Positions 27,280 to 36,314 of a stretch of 36,314 nucleotides of DNA are shown here, piece by piece (positions within the stretch are counted from its first letter, which is position 1; every line of letters starts with the position of its first letter). The DNA lies in sequence record SRR22947727_4403. One strand, written 5' to 3'. The notes under the pieces were generated by a model. The model made no database searches and was not told the DNA's origin. It was given only the letters and a program-made list of their open reading frames with translations. The position numbers and the translations under genes were made by a program.

Positions 27280-28326
27280 ATGAAAATGAATGCGATGGGC
27301 CGCAGCGGGCTTTATGTATCCGAGCTTTGTCTGGGAACGATGACCTTCGGCAGCCAAACCTCTGAGGCCGATGGGCATGCCCAAATTGATTTTGCGCTGG
27401 GGAATGGAATAAATTTCATCGATACGGCTGAAATGTATCCGGTCAACCCAATTGCCAAAGAAACAATAGGCCGCACCGAAGAAATTATTGGCACCTGGAA
27501 CGCCAAAAACCCTGCGCGGCGTGATGCGTATATTCTGGCAACCAAACATTCTGGAGAAGGTTTGGGCTATGTGCGCGATGGCGCGCCCATCAGCGCTGCG
27601 ACCATTGCCGAAACGATTGAGGGTAACCTTCGCCGTTTGCAAACCGATTATATTGATCTGTATCAATTTCATTGGCCCAATCGGGGATCTTATATGTTCC
27701 GTAAGAATTGGTCCTATGATCCTTCTTCGCAGAACCGAACCGAAACGCTTGCCAATATGCAAGAGTGTCTTGAGGCGCTTCAAAGCCAAGTGGATAAAGG
27801 TAATATTCGCCATTTTGGGCTTTCAAATGAAAGCGCATGGGGCACTGCACAATGGTTGCGCCTTGCCGAGGATCGGGGGCTGCCCCGCGTGGCCACAATG
27901 CAGAATGAATATTCGCTTCTCTGCCGACTATATGACACGGATTTGGCGGAATTAAGCGTGAATGAAGATGTCGGGTTACTGGCTTTTTCTCCGTTGGCGA
28001 CCGGGCTGCTGACAGGAAAATATCAAGACGGCGCTATACCCGATGCGTCCCGCTTGTCGTTAAGCCATGATCTGGGCGGGCGGATGACGCCGCGCGTTTT
28101 GCCCGCCGTTGCGGCATATTTAAAAGTTGCACAGCGCCATCAGGTTGATCCTGTTCACATGGCATTGGCATGGTGTCGCACCCGGCCCTTCATGTGTTCG
28201 GCAATTTTTGGCGCAACGCAATTTGATCAATTGAAATGGGCGCTAGGCTCGGTAGATATCACGCTTTCGCCAGAGTGTCTGGCGGATATCGCCGATGTTC
28301 ATAAGGCGCATCCAATGCCCTATTGA
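27280..28326 (+). CDS. Aldo/keto reductase (Tas-like)
   Basis: 'LGTMTFG', 'IDTAEMYP', 'LATK', 'IDLYQFHWP', 'GLSNE', 'QNEYSLL', 'SPLA.G.LTGKY'; AAGGAG RBS. Confidence 0.94.
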   Translation: MKMNAMGRSGLYVSELCLGTMTFGSQTSEADGHAQIDFALGNGINFIDTAEMYPVNPIAKETIGRTEEIIGTWNAKNPARRDAYILATKHSGEGLGYVRDGAPISAATIAETIEGNLRRLQTDYIDLYQFHWPNRGSYMFRKNWSYDPSSQNRTETLANMQECLEALQSQVDKGNIRHFGLSNESAWGTAQWLRLAEDRGLPRVATMQNEYSLLCRLYDTDLAELSVNEDVGLLAFSPLATGLLTGKYQDGAIPDASRLSLSHDLGGRMTPRVLPAVAAYLKVAQRHQVDPVHMALAWCRTRPFMCSAIFGATQFDQLKWALGSVDITLSPECLADIADVHKAHPMPY

Positions 28327-28395
28327 GGTGACTATCGCGTTGCGTTTTCGAATAATCTGTTGAAATTGGCTGAAAGAAGTGATGTTTGAAACGCT

Positions 28396-29298
28396 ATGGA
28401 ACTTTGGATTATCGCAACTTTGCTGGCCTCTACGTTTCAAACGCTTCGCTTTACGCTACAAAAAATCTTAAGCAGCGACGCGTTAAGCGCAACAGGCGCC
28501 ACATTCGCTCGGTTTTGTTACGCCTTGCCGTTTTTGACTGTCGGCTTGGCAGTGTATTTTGGGATGAATGCGATCGCATTTCCCGCCTTGAACGCACGGC
28601 TTTTGGTATATGCGGGCGTCGGTGGCCTGACCCAAATATTTGCAACCTTATGCGTGCTTTCCATGTTTAAATACCGCAATTTTGCGGTCGGGATTACGTT
28701 TAAGAAAACCGAAGTCATTTTGGTTGCGCTGGTGGGGTTTGTGCTGCTGGGGGAAGGCATTTCCAGTCTGGGCTTTGGGGCTATCCTTTTGGGGCTGATC
28801 GGTCTTCTACTCCTGTCTAAACAGCCACTTTCGGGGCAGGGCGACGGAAGTAGGTGGATCAATCGAGCCTCTGCATTGGGATTGGCCTCTGGTTTGCTCT
28901 TTGCTATTTCAGGGGTGTGCTATCGCGCCGCGAGCTTAGAATTGCCTTATGAGCAGCCTTTTTTACGCGCCGCTGTGAGCCTTTTTGTTGTGATTGTGTT
29001 TCAAACCTGCGTGATGGGGGTTTGGATGGGGTTGCGCGAGCCATCCCAACTGCGCGCCGTCTGGCACGCCCGTAAAACCGCGCTTTGGGTTGGGGTCACC
29101 GGTTTGTTAGGATCACTTGGCTGGTTTACAGCTTTTACGTTGCAAACGGCCGCTTATGTAAAAGGCTTGGGGCAGATCGAATTGCTTTTCAGCCTGTGCG
29201 TTTCGATTTTGTTTTTTCAAGAGCGCGTGAGCCGTCGAGAAGTATTTGGCATTTTGTTTTTGGGCTTAAGCGTTTTGGGGGTAATCTTTGCTGCCTAG
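28396..29298 (+). CDS. DMT/EamA family transporter
   Basis: About 10 hydrophobic segments; 'RNFAVG..FKKTE', 'AAYVK.LGQIEL'. Confidence 0.9.
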   Translation: MELWIIATLLASTFQTLRFTLQKILSSDALSATGATFARFCYALPFLTVGLAVYFGMNAIAFPALNARLLVYAGVGGLTQIFATLCVLSMFKYRNFAVGITFKKTEVILVALVGFVLLGEGISSLGFGAILLGLIGLLLLSKQPLSGQGDGSRWINRASALGLASGLLFAISGVCYRAASLELPYEQPFLRAAVSLFVVIVFQTCVMGVWMGLREPSQLRAVWHARKTALWVGVTGLLGSLGWFTAFTLQTAAYVKGLGQIELLFSLCVSILFFQERVSRREVFGILFLGLSVLGVIFAA

Positions 29299-29299
29299 T

Positions 29300-30001
29300 T
29301 TACTCGCTTAAGCTTACATCACGGCCTTTGAGCCTTAAAAATTGACTTTCCTCATCTTTATTTTTGAAAAAGGGTACCGAATCCGGCGGGGCAGACGCAT
29401 CCAAGCGCCCCGCAATTTCAGCCATAACGACCTCGGTGATAAAGGGTAAATCAAAGCTGCGCGCGTGCTCTAACGGCACCCATTGCAAATGCGATAACTC
29501 ATCTGAAGCGGCAGAAAAATCATCCAGATCGCTTTGTAAGAAGGCCGCGTCTAATAGAAAAAACCGCGCATCAAAACGCCGGGGTCGCCCGGGCGGAGTA
29601 ATGGCGCGAAACACGAATTGTAATGGCTCGGCAATCGGTCGATAGCCCTCGGTCGCAAAGGCCTGCCACCCATCGGGGACCGGATCTGGCCAAGCGGCCT
29701 GTTTTCCCAAGATTTGTCCGGTCTCTTCGAACAGTTCCCGAATAGCCGCAGCGCAAAGGGCCTGCGCCGAGGGCCCCTCTGACTCTTCGCTGAGCCTGTC
29801 TTTGCAGGGGCTTGATATCTCGCTCAAAAGTGGAACTGCCGCGTCTTGCGGATCAACAGCGCCGCCCGGAAACACAAATTTGTTCGGCATGAAGGCGGCT
29901 TGCGCGCCTCTTTGCCCCATTAGAACCTTCGGCGCGCTAGCGCGATCGCGCAGCACGATCACCGTGGCTGCGGGGCGGATGGCAGTTTTATCCTGAATCA
30001 T
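29300..30001 (-). CDS. NUDIX hydrolase (CoA-pyrophosphatase/Nudt19-like)
   Basis: 'RPAATVI', 'FVFPGG.VD', 'AAIRELFEETG', 'ITPPGRPRRFDARFF'. Confidence 0.92.
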   Translation of the reverse strand: MIQDKTAIRPAATVIVLRDRASAPKVLMGQRGAQAAFMPNKFVFPGGAVDPQDAAVPLLSEISSPCKDRLSEESEGPSAQALCAAAIRELFEETGQILGKQAAWPDPVPDGWQAFATEGYRPIAEPLQFVFRAITPPGRPRRFDARFFLLDAAFLQSDLDDFSAASDELSHLQWVPLEHARSFDLPFITEVVMAEIAGRLDASAPPDSVPFFKNKDEESQFLRLKGRDVSLSE

Positions 30002-30411
30002 GTATTTTCAGAGTTCCTTGCGTTTTCTTCATGGCCAAAACCATGCATGTAGCGGGCCCATTGCACTGCGATGATAACGCCCTTGAGACGTGGCAGAAGA
30101 TAAAGCGACAAGGCCAAACAGCCAACCGTAAAAATGCTGAGCATAACCAGTGGCTCCAATCGCCAGGTTACGAAGGTAAAGTGCAATAAGGGCGCCATGA
30201 TATGCGCCACAATCAAAATTGTCAGATAAGCGGGCCCATCATCCGCCCTGTGATGGAACAGATCTTGGCGACAGACGGTACATTTTGGGCGCACGCTCAG
30301 ATAATTTTTGAACAGCGCGCCTTGGCCACAATTTGGGCATTTGCGGCGCCAGCCAAACCCCATAGAACGCCAAATTGGGCGCGTGTCGGGCTCGAATATA
30401 GGGTTTGGCAT
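29998..30411 (-). CDS. DUF983 family membrane protein
   Basis: 'CPNCGQG.LF...L.V...C.VC', 'RADDGPAY', 'LPRLKG.....QWA..MHGF'. ATG 30411 is preferred. Confidence 0.9.
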   Translation of the reverse strand: MPNPIFEPDTRPIWRSMGFGWRRKCPNCGQGALFKNYLSVRPKCTVCRQDLFHHRADDGPAYLTILIVAHIMAPLLHFTFVTWRLEPLVMLSIFTVGCLALSLYLLPRLKGVIIAVQWARYMHGFGHEENARNSENT

Positions 30412-30596
30412 CTCAATCCTTCGCGGCGCCGAGGTTTTGCTTTTGCAACGGTCTAAAGCTTGGGGGGACAAATGTCTTTGCGGCTCTGTGTCGCAATTTT
30501 TTTTTAAACTCAGCGACGGAAACCTTATGCCGCTGCGTTTCATATATATTGCCATCTGGTGGACTGCGCGCAGCCACCCTTATTTAGGAGAATGAA

Positions 30597-31085
30597 ATGT
30601 CACTTAAATCCCATATCATATTTACGCTCGCTTTGGCTATAATTGGCAGCTCTGTTGCCGCTTCAGAACCAAAGCCTGACTGCCTTGAAAGTGAAGTATC
30701 AGAGGGCGCAGCTGGCGTGAATCGGACTGAAATTTCTTGTTTGGAAACCGCAAAGGCCCGCGGCAGGCTGCAATTTAAAAATTTTGACACCGATGCGAAC
30801 CTGTCCATTTCCAGTCAGGAATTGGTTGCCGGCTTGTCGCAAGGCGTGGATCGGCGCGCTGCATTAATTATGAAGCGCTTTGACGTTAACAGTGATGGAT
30901 CGCTGAGCCAAGAAGAGGTAAAGCACGCCAAAGCCCTAAGACAAAGCGGAGGTTTTTTTAAGCGGCTTGATCACAACCAAGATGGCGTTATTGATGAGGC
31001 CGAATTTGCGGTCTTTGAAAAGCACCGACTGAAAAAGCGCCCTCACAAGCAGGGTTGGTTTGGAAAAATTAAACCTGCAGATTAA
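30597..31085 (+). CDS. Secreted EF-hand domain protein
   Basis: Signal peptide; loops DTDANLSISSQE, DVNSDGSLSQEE, DHNQDGVIDEAE; AGGAG RBS. Confidence 0.88.
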   Translation: MSLKSHIIFTLALAIIGSSVAASEPKPDCLESEVSEGAAGVNRTEISCLETAKARGRLQFKNFDTDANLSISSQELVAGLSQGVDRRAALIMKRFDVNSDGSLSQEEVKHAKALRQSGGFFKRLDHNQDGVIDEAEFAVFEKHRLKKRPHKQGWFGKIKPAD

Positions 31086-31111
31086 AGAAATATTGCCCTG
31101 GGGTCGCGCCT

Positions 31112-31696
31112 ATGCCGTCTCAAACACCTGATCAGTTGGATGACACCGCTCTTCTGGCAGCCTATGCGAAAGGGATGCCAGAGGCTGCGCGCATTTTGAC
31201 CGAGCGTTTGATGCCAAAGCTTTATGCGCAAGCCTATCATCGGCTGCAAAATGCGGCGGATGCCGAGGATATTGCGCAAGAGGCGATGCTTCGGCTGTGG
31301 AAAATTGCGCCGAATTGGCAAAGCGGACGGGCAAAAATTAGCACATGGCTCTATCAAGTGGTGGCCAATTTGTGCAAGGATCGCGGCCGCAAGCCGCCAA
31401 TGACGGCATTGGAAGAGGCGCCAGAGCCGATCGACCCCCGCTTGGCTGTTGATGCGCGCTTGCAAGATGAACGCCGCGCGTCGGCGCTTTATAAGGCGCT
31501 GGATCAGTTGCCCCCACGGCAGGCTCAAGCCCTTCGTATGCGGCATTTGGATGAGCTGTCAAACCCAGAGATTGCCGCAATAATGGCCGTAAGTATTGAA
31601 GCTGTTGAAAGTTTATTGGCGCGTGGGCGGCGCCAGCTAAAGACCTGCTTAGAAGCTGAAATTTCTGCCTTAGGATATCGTGATGAAAAAATTTGA
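31112..31696 (+). CDS. ECF RNA polymerase sigma factor
   Basis: 'DAEDIAQEA', 'STWLYQV..N' region 2; 'LDQLPPRQ...L......LS..EIA..M.....AVES.LARGR' region 4. Confidence 0.94.
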   Translation: MPSQTPDQLDDTALLAAYAKGMPEAARILTERLMPKLYAQAYHRLQNAADAEDIAQEAMLRLWKIAPNWQSGRAKISTWLYQVVANLCKDRGRKPPMTALEEAPEPIDPRLAVDARLQDERRASALYKALDQLPPRQAQALRMRHLDELSNPEIAAIMAVSIEAVESLLARGRRQLKTCLEAEISALGYRDEKI

Positions 31697-32081
31697 AGAT
31701 CAAAACCATGAAGATCTAGAGGCGTTTTTTCTATCGGCGCAACGGGCGCTTCCCGCCCCCTCAGATCAGCTGAGGGACCGCGTTTTGCAAAATGCTCAGG
31801 CCTTGATGGCTAGGCAGGGGGCAGAAAAGTCCGATAGCAATGGCTCCGATATTGGTTTTCTGGGCGGCTTATCAGGTTTTTGGTCAGATTTTTGGTCTGG
31901 TCTTGGCGGCCTTAAAGGCTGGGCCAGTTTGGTTGTGATCGCTGGTTTGAGCTTTCAATTTGGTGGGGTAGCGCCAGAGGTTGAGGCGCAAATCTATGAT
32001 ATGATATCGGGTCAAAATGAGCGTGTGTTTGAGAGCTCTGATCCGTTTGAAGATCTCTATTTGACATATTTGGAGGGATAA
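31683..32081 (+). CDS. Putative transmembrane anti-sigma factor
   Basis: Overlaps the sigma gene's 3' end; 'PAPSDQL..RVL..A' N-terminus and a single TM segment. Confidence 0.7.
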   Translation: MKKFEDQNHEDLEAFFLSAQRALPAPSDQLRDRVLQNAQALMARQGAEKSDSNGSDIGFLGGLSGFWSDFWSGLGGLKGWASLVVIAGLSFQFGGVAPEVEAQIYDMISGQNERVFESSDPFEDLYLTYLEG

Positions 32082-32084
32082 GAG

Positions 32085-32555
32085 ATGTCACAACACCCAA
32101 AGCAAAGTGGCGCGCCAAAGCGCTTTTGGAAAGTACTTCTTGGCGCTTCATTGGCGCTTAATATCGCCGTTGCGGGGGTTTTAGCGGGGGCGTTTTGGCG
32201 CCATAATCCAGAGCATCGGCGCGATGCTGGTGGATCGCGCCAAGCTATGTCGCCGTATTTTCGTGCGCTTGAGCCAGAACAACGGCGCGCCATCGGTAAG
32301 CAATTTCGGGCAGGCCGCGATGAAAAATCCAAATTGGCTGCGCAAATACAATTTGAGGCCGCCATCCGCTTATTGCGCCAAACGCCTTTTAGGGCTGCAG
32401 AATTTGATGCGGTTATGCAGCAACAAATCGCAGGAGCGTCGCAGCGGCTGCAACGCGCGCAGAGCAACCTATCCGCCTCTATAATCGGGATGAGCGCGCA
32501 GGAGCGCAGCGCCTATGCAGATCGTCTTCAAGCTGCTTTGCAGCACCGCCGCTAG
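32085..32555 (+). CDS. Periplasmic heavy-metal sensor (Metal_resist/CnrX-like) protein
   Basis: 'SLALNIAVAGVLAG' anchor followed by a helical domain 'AL..EQRR', 'PF', 'MS.QER..YA'. Confidence 0.82.
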   Translation: MSQHPKQSGAPKRFWKVLLGASLALNIAVAGVLAGAFWRHNPEHRRDAGGSRQAMSPYFRALEPEQRRAIGKQFRAGRDEKSKLAAQIQFEAAIRLLRQTPFRAAEFDAVMQQQIAGASQRLQRAQSNLSASIIGMSAQERSAYADRLQAALQHRR

Positions 32556-32564
32556 AGCGGCGTT

Positions 32565-34844
32565 TTATTCATAGCTTTTGACATCCGTGCCAGCGATTGC
32601 GGCTAAATTTAACAATCCCCGCGCCGTCACCGAGGGGTTGGCAATATGCGCCTTATTGCCCATACCCATCAATATAGGCCCAACTTCAAGCCCTCCGGCG
32701 CGCATTTTAAGAATATTGCGCACCCCAGAGGCGGCATCTGCATTGGCAAATATCAGCACATTTGCGGCCCCCTGTAAGCGGTTTTCTGGCAGCAATCTGG
32801 CCCGCAGTTCTGGATCTAACGCCGTATCGATATTCATTTCGCCCTCATAGGTAAACGTCACCTTTTCGGTATCGAGAATATCCAATGCTTGGCGCATTTT
32901 CTTGCCAGTCTCGCTGTTCAGATTTCCAAATTGTGATTGCGAGCACAGCGCGACTTGTGGCTCTATGCCAAAACGGCGCACATGGCGCGCGGCCCCTTTG
33001 GCGGTTTGGGCAATTTGCATGGGGGTGGGATCCGCCCAGACGTGGGTGTCTGCGATGAACAGAGGCCCGTCTTCTAAAATCATCAAAGACAGCGCGCCGC
33101 TTGGCGATAAGGTTTTGCTGCCTAAAATTTGCTCGATATAATTCAGATGCCATCTGAATTCGCCCACAGCGCCACAGATCAGGCTATCAGCCTCTCCGCG
33201 ATGTACCATAACAGCGCCAATCGCAGTGGTGTTTGTGCGCATGATCGATTTTGCAAGATCTGGGCTGACGCCACGGCGGGCCAATAGCGAGTGATAACTG
33301 GTCCAGTAATCGCGATACCGATCATCTTGTTGCGGATTGACGATGTTAAAATCCCGATCAGGGCGGATATCCAGCCCCAGCCTTTCACAACGTTGCTGGA
33401 TCACTTCGGGGCGGCCTATGACGATGGGAACTTCGCTGGTTTCTTCCAAAACGGCCTGAGCGGCGCGCAGCACCCGCTCGTCTTCGCCCTCGGAAAACAC
33501 AATCCGTCGAGCGCTGCTTGAGGCGGCCTCAAACACCGGCCGCATCAAAAATGCCGATTTGACAACGGTTTGTTTTAACGTATCGCGATACGCGTCAATA
33601 TCTTTGATCGGCTGCGTGGCAACCCCGCTTTGCATCGCGGCTTCTGCTACAGCGCTTGAGACCACGCTCGACAAGCGCGGATCAAACGGTTTCGGGATCA
33701 GATAATTTGGGCCAAATGTCAGCGTTTCACCCTTATAGGCGGCAGCGGCTTCCGCGCTTGTCGTGGCCCGCGCAAGCTCTGCAATACCTTGAATGCAGGC
33801 CACCTGCATTGCGTCATTAATCTCGGTTGCGCCCACATCCAAGGCCCCGCGAAAAATGAATGGAAAGCATAGGACATTGTTAACTTGATTGGGGAAATCG
33901 CTTCTACCGGTGGCAATGATGGCATCTGGGGCGACAGCGAGCGCGTCGGCCGGCATAATCTCGGGATTTGGGTTCGCAAGCGCAAAAATAATCGGTTGCG
34001 CATTCATTTGTTTAACCAAATCTGGGTGCAGAACATTCGGCCCAGAAAGGCCTAAGAACATATCAGCGCCTTCAATAACTTCGTCAAGGCTGCGCATCTC
34101 ACTGGCCTGCGCAAAGGCCGCCTTTTGTGGGTTCATATCGATATCGCGGCCCTGATAAACCAAACCATGTAGATCGCATAGCCAGATATTGCTGCGCTTA
34201 ACACCGAGCTTCATCAGCATATTTAGACAGGCGATGCCCGCAGCGCCGCCGCCTGTTGAAACGATTTTAATATCTTCAAAGGATTTATTTGCCACATAAA
34301 GCGCGTTGGTTGCCGCCGCTCCAACAACAATTGCCGTGCCGTGTTGATCATCGTGAAACACGGGTATTCCCATGCGCTCACGGCAGATCTTCTCTACGAT
34401 AAAGCAATCAGGCGCCTTGATATCTTCCAGATTGATGGCGCCAAATGTGGGCTCAAGCGCGCAAACAATTTCGGCAAGTTTTTCCGGATCGCTTTCATTC
34501 ACCTCAATGTCAAAGCAATCAATATTTGCGAATTTTTTGAATAAAACCGCCTTGCCTTCCATCACGGGCTTTGAGGCTAAGGCGCCGGTATTTCCCAAGC
34601 CCAATACGGCAGATCCGTTGCTGATCACGGCAACCAGATTGCCCCGTGCGGTATAGCGGCTGGCGGCCAGCGGATCTTTTTGAATTTCGATAGAGGCCTC
34701 CGCAACGCCCGGCGAATAGGCGCGGGCCAGGTCTCGACCATTGGCCAGCGGCTTGGTGGCGCGCACTTCTAATTTTCCCGGTTTTGGAAATTCATGGTAA
34801 TTTAATGCAGCCTGGCGCAAATTATCGGCGGTTGGATCGCTCAT
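32565..34844 (-). CDS. maeB: NADP-dependent malic enzyme with C-terminal phosphotransacetylase-like domain
   Basis: 'AYSPGVA', 'KPVMEGK', 'INLEDIKAP', 'FHDDQHGT', '[12 protein letters not shown]', PTA-like '[10 protein letters not shown]'. Start is 34844 or 34850 after GGGAG. Confidence 0.96.
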   Translation of the reverse strand: MSDPTADNLRQAALNYHEFPKPGKLEVRATKPLANGRDLARAYSPGVAEASIEIQKDPLAASRYTARGNLVAVISNGSAVLGLGNTGALASKPVMEGKAVLFKKFANIDCFDIEVNESDPEKLAEIVCALEPTFGAINLEDIKAPDCFIVEKICRERMGIPVFHDDQHGTAIVVGAAATNALYVANKSFEDIKIVSTGGGAAGIACLNMLMKLGVKRSNIWLCDLHGLVYQGRDIDMNPQKAAFAQASEMRSLDEVIEGADMFLGLSGPNVLHPDLVKQMNAQPIIFALANPNPEIMPADALAVAPDAIIATGRSDFPNQVNNVLCFPFIFRGALDVGATEINDAMQVACIQGIAELARATTSAEAAAAYKGETLTFGPNYLIPKPFDPRLSSVVSSAVAEAAMQSGVATQPIKDIDAYRDTLKQTVVKSAFLMRPVFEAASSSARRIVFSEGEDERVLRAAQAVLEETSEVPIVIGRPEVIQQRCERLGLDIRPDRDFNIVNPQQDDRYRDYWTSYHSLLARRGVSPDLAKSIMRTNTTAIGAVMVHRGEADSLICGAVGEFRWHLNYIEQILGSKTLSPSGALSLMILEDGPLFIADTHVWADPTPMQIAQTAKGAARHVRRFGIEPQVALCSQSQFGNLNSETGKKMRQALDILDTEKVTFTYEGEMNIDTALDPELRARLLPENRLQGAANVLIFANADAASGVRNILKMRAGGLEVGPILMGMGNKAHIANPSVTARGLLNLAAIAGTDVKSYE

Positions 34845-34868
34845 ATCCATAACTCCCATTTTCAATTC

Positions 34869-34886
34869 TAGTTTAATATTAAACTA
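34869..34886. promoter_or_regulatory. Perfect 18-bp palindrome TAGTTTAATATTAAACTA between divergent maeB and the cupin gene
   Basis: Exact inverted repeat about 25 bp upstream of the maeB start. Confidence 0.7.
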
Positions 34887-34979
34887 AATTTACAGGGAGG
34901 GAAAGTTGCAAGTTCTTGCGTCTCTGGTCTTGTTTTGTATCCTCGCCTTGCGCAAAGTGCCGATAAGAAGCGAGGCGAG

Positions 34980-36065
34980 ATGACAATACGTTCAGAAGTG
35001 GTGTTACCCAGCACCAATCTTAGTGAGGATATTTCCTTCTTCACCAAACAATTGGGGCTGCGTATGGAGATGATTTATCCTGCGGATGACCCGCGCGTGG
35101 TCGTGCTGTCGGGCCATGGCTTAAGGCTGCGCATCGAACAGGGTGGCAGCGCTGCCCCATGCCTTTTGCGTCTGCTCAGCGCCACGCCTGATTTGATCGC
35201 AGGGGGTGCACGGCGGTTAACAGCGCCAAATGGCACCCGGATTGAGATCGAAAACAATGAAACGCCTTTGATCCTGCCTGAAACCCAGCATAAATTTGTG
35301 GTGCGCCGCTTGGCAGATCAAGCCCCTTGGGTGATTGGGCGGGCGGGCATGCAGTATCGTGATTTGATCCCCGACCGGTTGGGCGGATCGATCATCGCCA
35401 GCCATATTCGCATCCCAGATGGGGGCCCTGTGCCGGATATGGTGCATTATCACACGGTGGGGTTTCAGTTGATTTTCTGTTACCGTGGCTGGGTGGATTT
35501 GGTTTATGAGGATCAAGGCGCGCCATTTCGCTTATATGCTGGAAATTGCGTGATCCAGCCACCTGAAATTCGGCATAAAGTGTTGTTCGCCAGCGATAAT
35601 ATTGAAGTGATAGAGATCGGAGTGCCCGCCGAACATATCACCACCATAGATCATGAGATGCAGCTGCCCAATGGCCCGGCCAATCCGAAACGTCGTTTCA
35701 GCGGCCAACAATTTGTTCATCACCGCGCCGATGCGGCGCGGTGGATGCCAAGCCGTTTGGCCGGCTTTCATAGCCGTGATACAACGATTGCAGCGCATAC
35801 TCAAAACGTTGCCGGCGTGCATGTCTTGAAAGCCAATGGCGCCCCGTGTCAACGCGTATCTCACAATGCTGATATTCTGTTCAGCTTTGTCATGGAGGGG
35901 GCCATGACCCTGCAGGCTGAGGGTCAGCAATCCGTGCAGTTAACTCCGGGCGATGCGTTCGTGATCCCGCCGGGCATGCTTAGCCAGTATCTTGAAATTA
36001 GCGAAGATTGCGAATTGCTTGAAGTTGCGCTACCGGGAAATTTCACCACAGATGCCCCGCAATAA
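34980..36065 (+). CDS. Cupin domain protein with an N-terminal VOC/glyoxalase-like segment
   Basis: N-terminus 'FFTKQLGLRME...'; cupin 1 'HYHTVGFQLIFCYRGW...QPPEIRH'; cupin 2 'HNADILFSFVMEG...GDAFVIPPG'. Confidence 0.85.
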   Translation: MTIRSEVVLPSTNLSEDISFFTKQLGLRMEMIYPADDPRVVVLSGHGLRLRIEQGGSAAPCLLRLLSATPDLIAGGARRLTAPNGTRIEIENNETPLILPETQHKFVVRRLADQAPWVIGRAGMQYRDLIPDRLGGSIIASHIRIPDGGPVPDMVHYHTVGFQLIFCYRGWVDLVYEDQGAPFRLYAGNCVIQPPEIRHKVLFASDNIEVIEIGVPAEHITTIDHEMQLPNGPANPKRRFSGQQFVHHRADAARWMPSRLAGFHSRDTTIAAHTQNVAGVHVLKANGAPCQRVSHNADILFSFVMEGAMTLQAEGQQSVQLTPGDAFVIPPGMLSQYLEISEDCELLEVALPGNFTTDAPQ

Positions 36066-36084
36066 TCGATAGGAAAAGTAAAAA

Positions 36085-36314
36085 ATGGCTTTAAAGCAAG
36101 CTGCATTGAAAATCAGAGAAAATGCCTATGCCCCCTATTCTGGATTTCAGGTCGGTGTTGCACTGAGGAGCAGTTCGGGGGAAGTTTACACCGGCGTGAA
36201 TGTTGAAAATGCGGCCTATCCCGAAGGCACATGCGCTGAAGCGGGCGCGATTGCCCGCATGATTGCGGCCGGGGATCGAAAAATTACTGCTGTTTATGTG
36301 GTGGCTGATGGGGC
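36085..36314 (+). CDS. cdd: Cytidine deaminase, 3' end runs off window
   Basis: Not in the ORF track. MALKQAALKIRENAYAPYSGFQVGVAL...GVNVENAAYPEGTCAEAGAI contains the AYAPYS, NVENA and CAE motifs. Confidence 0.95.
   Translation, partial: MALKQAALKIRENAYAPYSGFQVGVALRSSSGEVYTGVNVENAAYPEGTCAEAGAIARMIAAGDRKITAVYVVADG

Noticed and set aside
27199-27813. 204-aa antisense ORF and other shadow ORFs in the track
   Set aside because: They overlap well-supported genes on the opposite strand or in another frame and carry no recognisable motifs.
30597-31085. Lanmodulin-like lanthanide-binding protein
   Set aside because: The EF loops lack the Pro at position 2 typical of lanmodulin, and no lanthanide-related genes are nearby.
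34980-36065. Cupin DMSP lyase (DddQ/W/K/L type)
   Set aside because: The motif is HxHxxxxQ within a three-domain protein rather than the HxHxxxE pattern, and there is no supporting context.

Overview
Chromosomal segment of a marine-type alphaproteobacterium, inferred from gene content and an alphaproteobacterial LexA box to be Rhodobacteraceae (Roseobacter group). Family calls come from motif recognition and recall; no searches were run. Left to right: (1) a truncated PotA-like ABC ATPase divergent from a GntR regulator; (2) an orphan outer-membrane beta-barrel-like gene; (3) an 8-gene acid-sugar operon (TctCBA, L-lyxonate/L-rhamnonate-type dehydratase, L-KDA dehydratase, GntR, an atypical PdxA-fold enzyme, alpha-ketoglutarate semialdehyde dehydrogenase) behind a 24-bp operator; (4) an SDR and a small alpha/beta-barrel gene; (5) an eroded amino-sugar operon with intact ROK kinase and nagA, agaS-like and gatZ/kbaZ-like genes collapsed to coupled mini-ORFs, and a riddled cutC pseudogene; (6) a methyltransferase, a PaaI thioesterase and monomeric IDH; (7) an integrase arm-domain protein lacking a recombinase domain, a DUF6641-like gene and a broken ydcF/elyC; (8) core genes: metG, MFS, orphan imuA with LexA box, Tas-like AKR, EamA, NUDIX, DUF983, an EF-hand/ECF-sigma/anti-sigma/metal-sensor operon, maeB, a VOC-cupin protein and cdd. 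No rRNA, tRNA, CRISPR array or intact mobile element was seen. The most novel signals are the collapsed-but-coupled amino-sugar operon, the kinase-less PdxA paralogue in a lyxonate-type pathway, and the arm-domain/DUF6641 pair.
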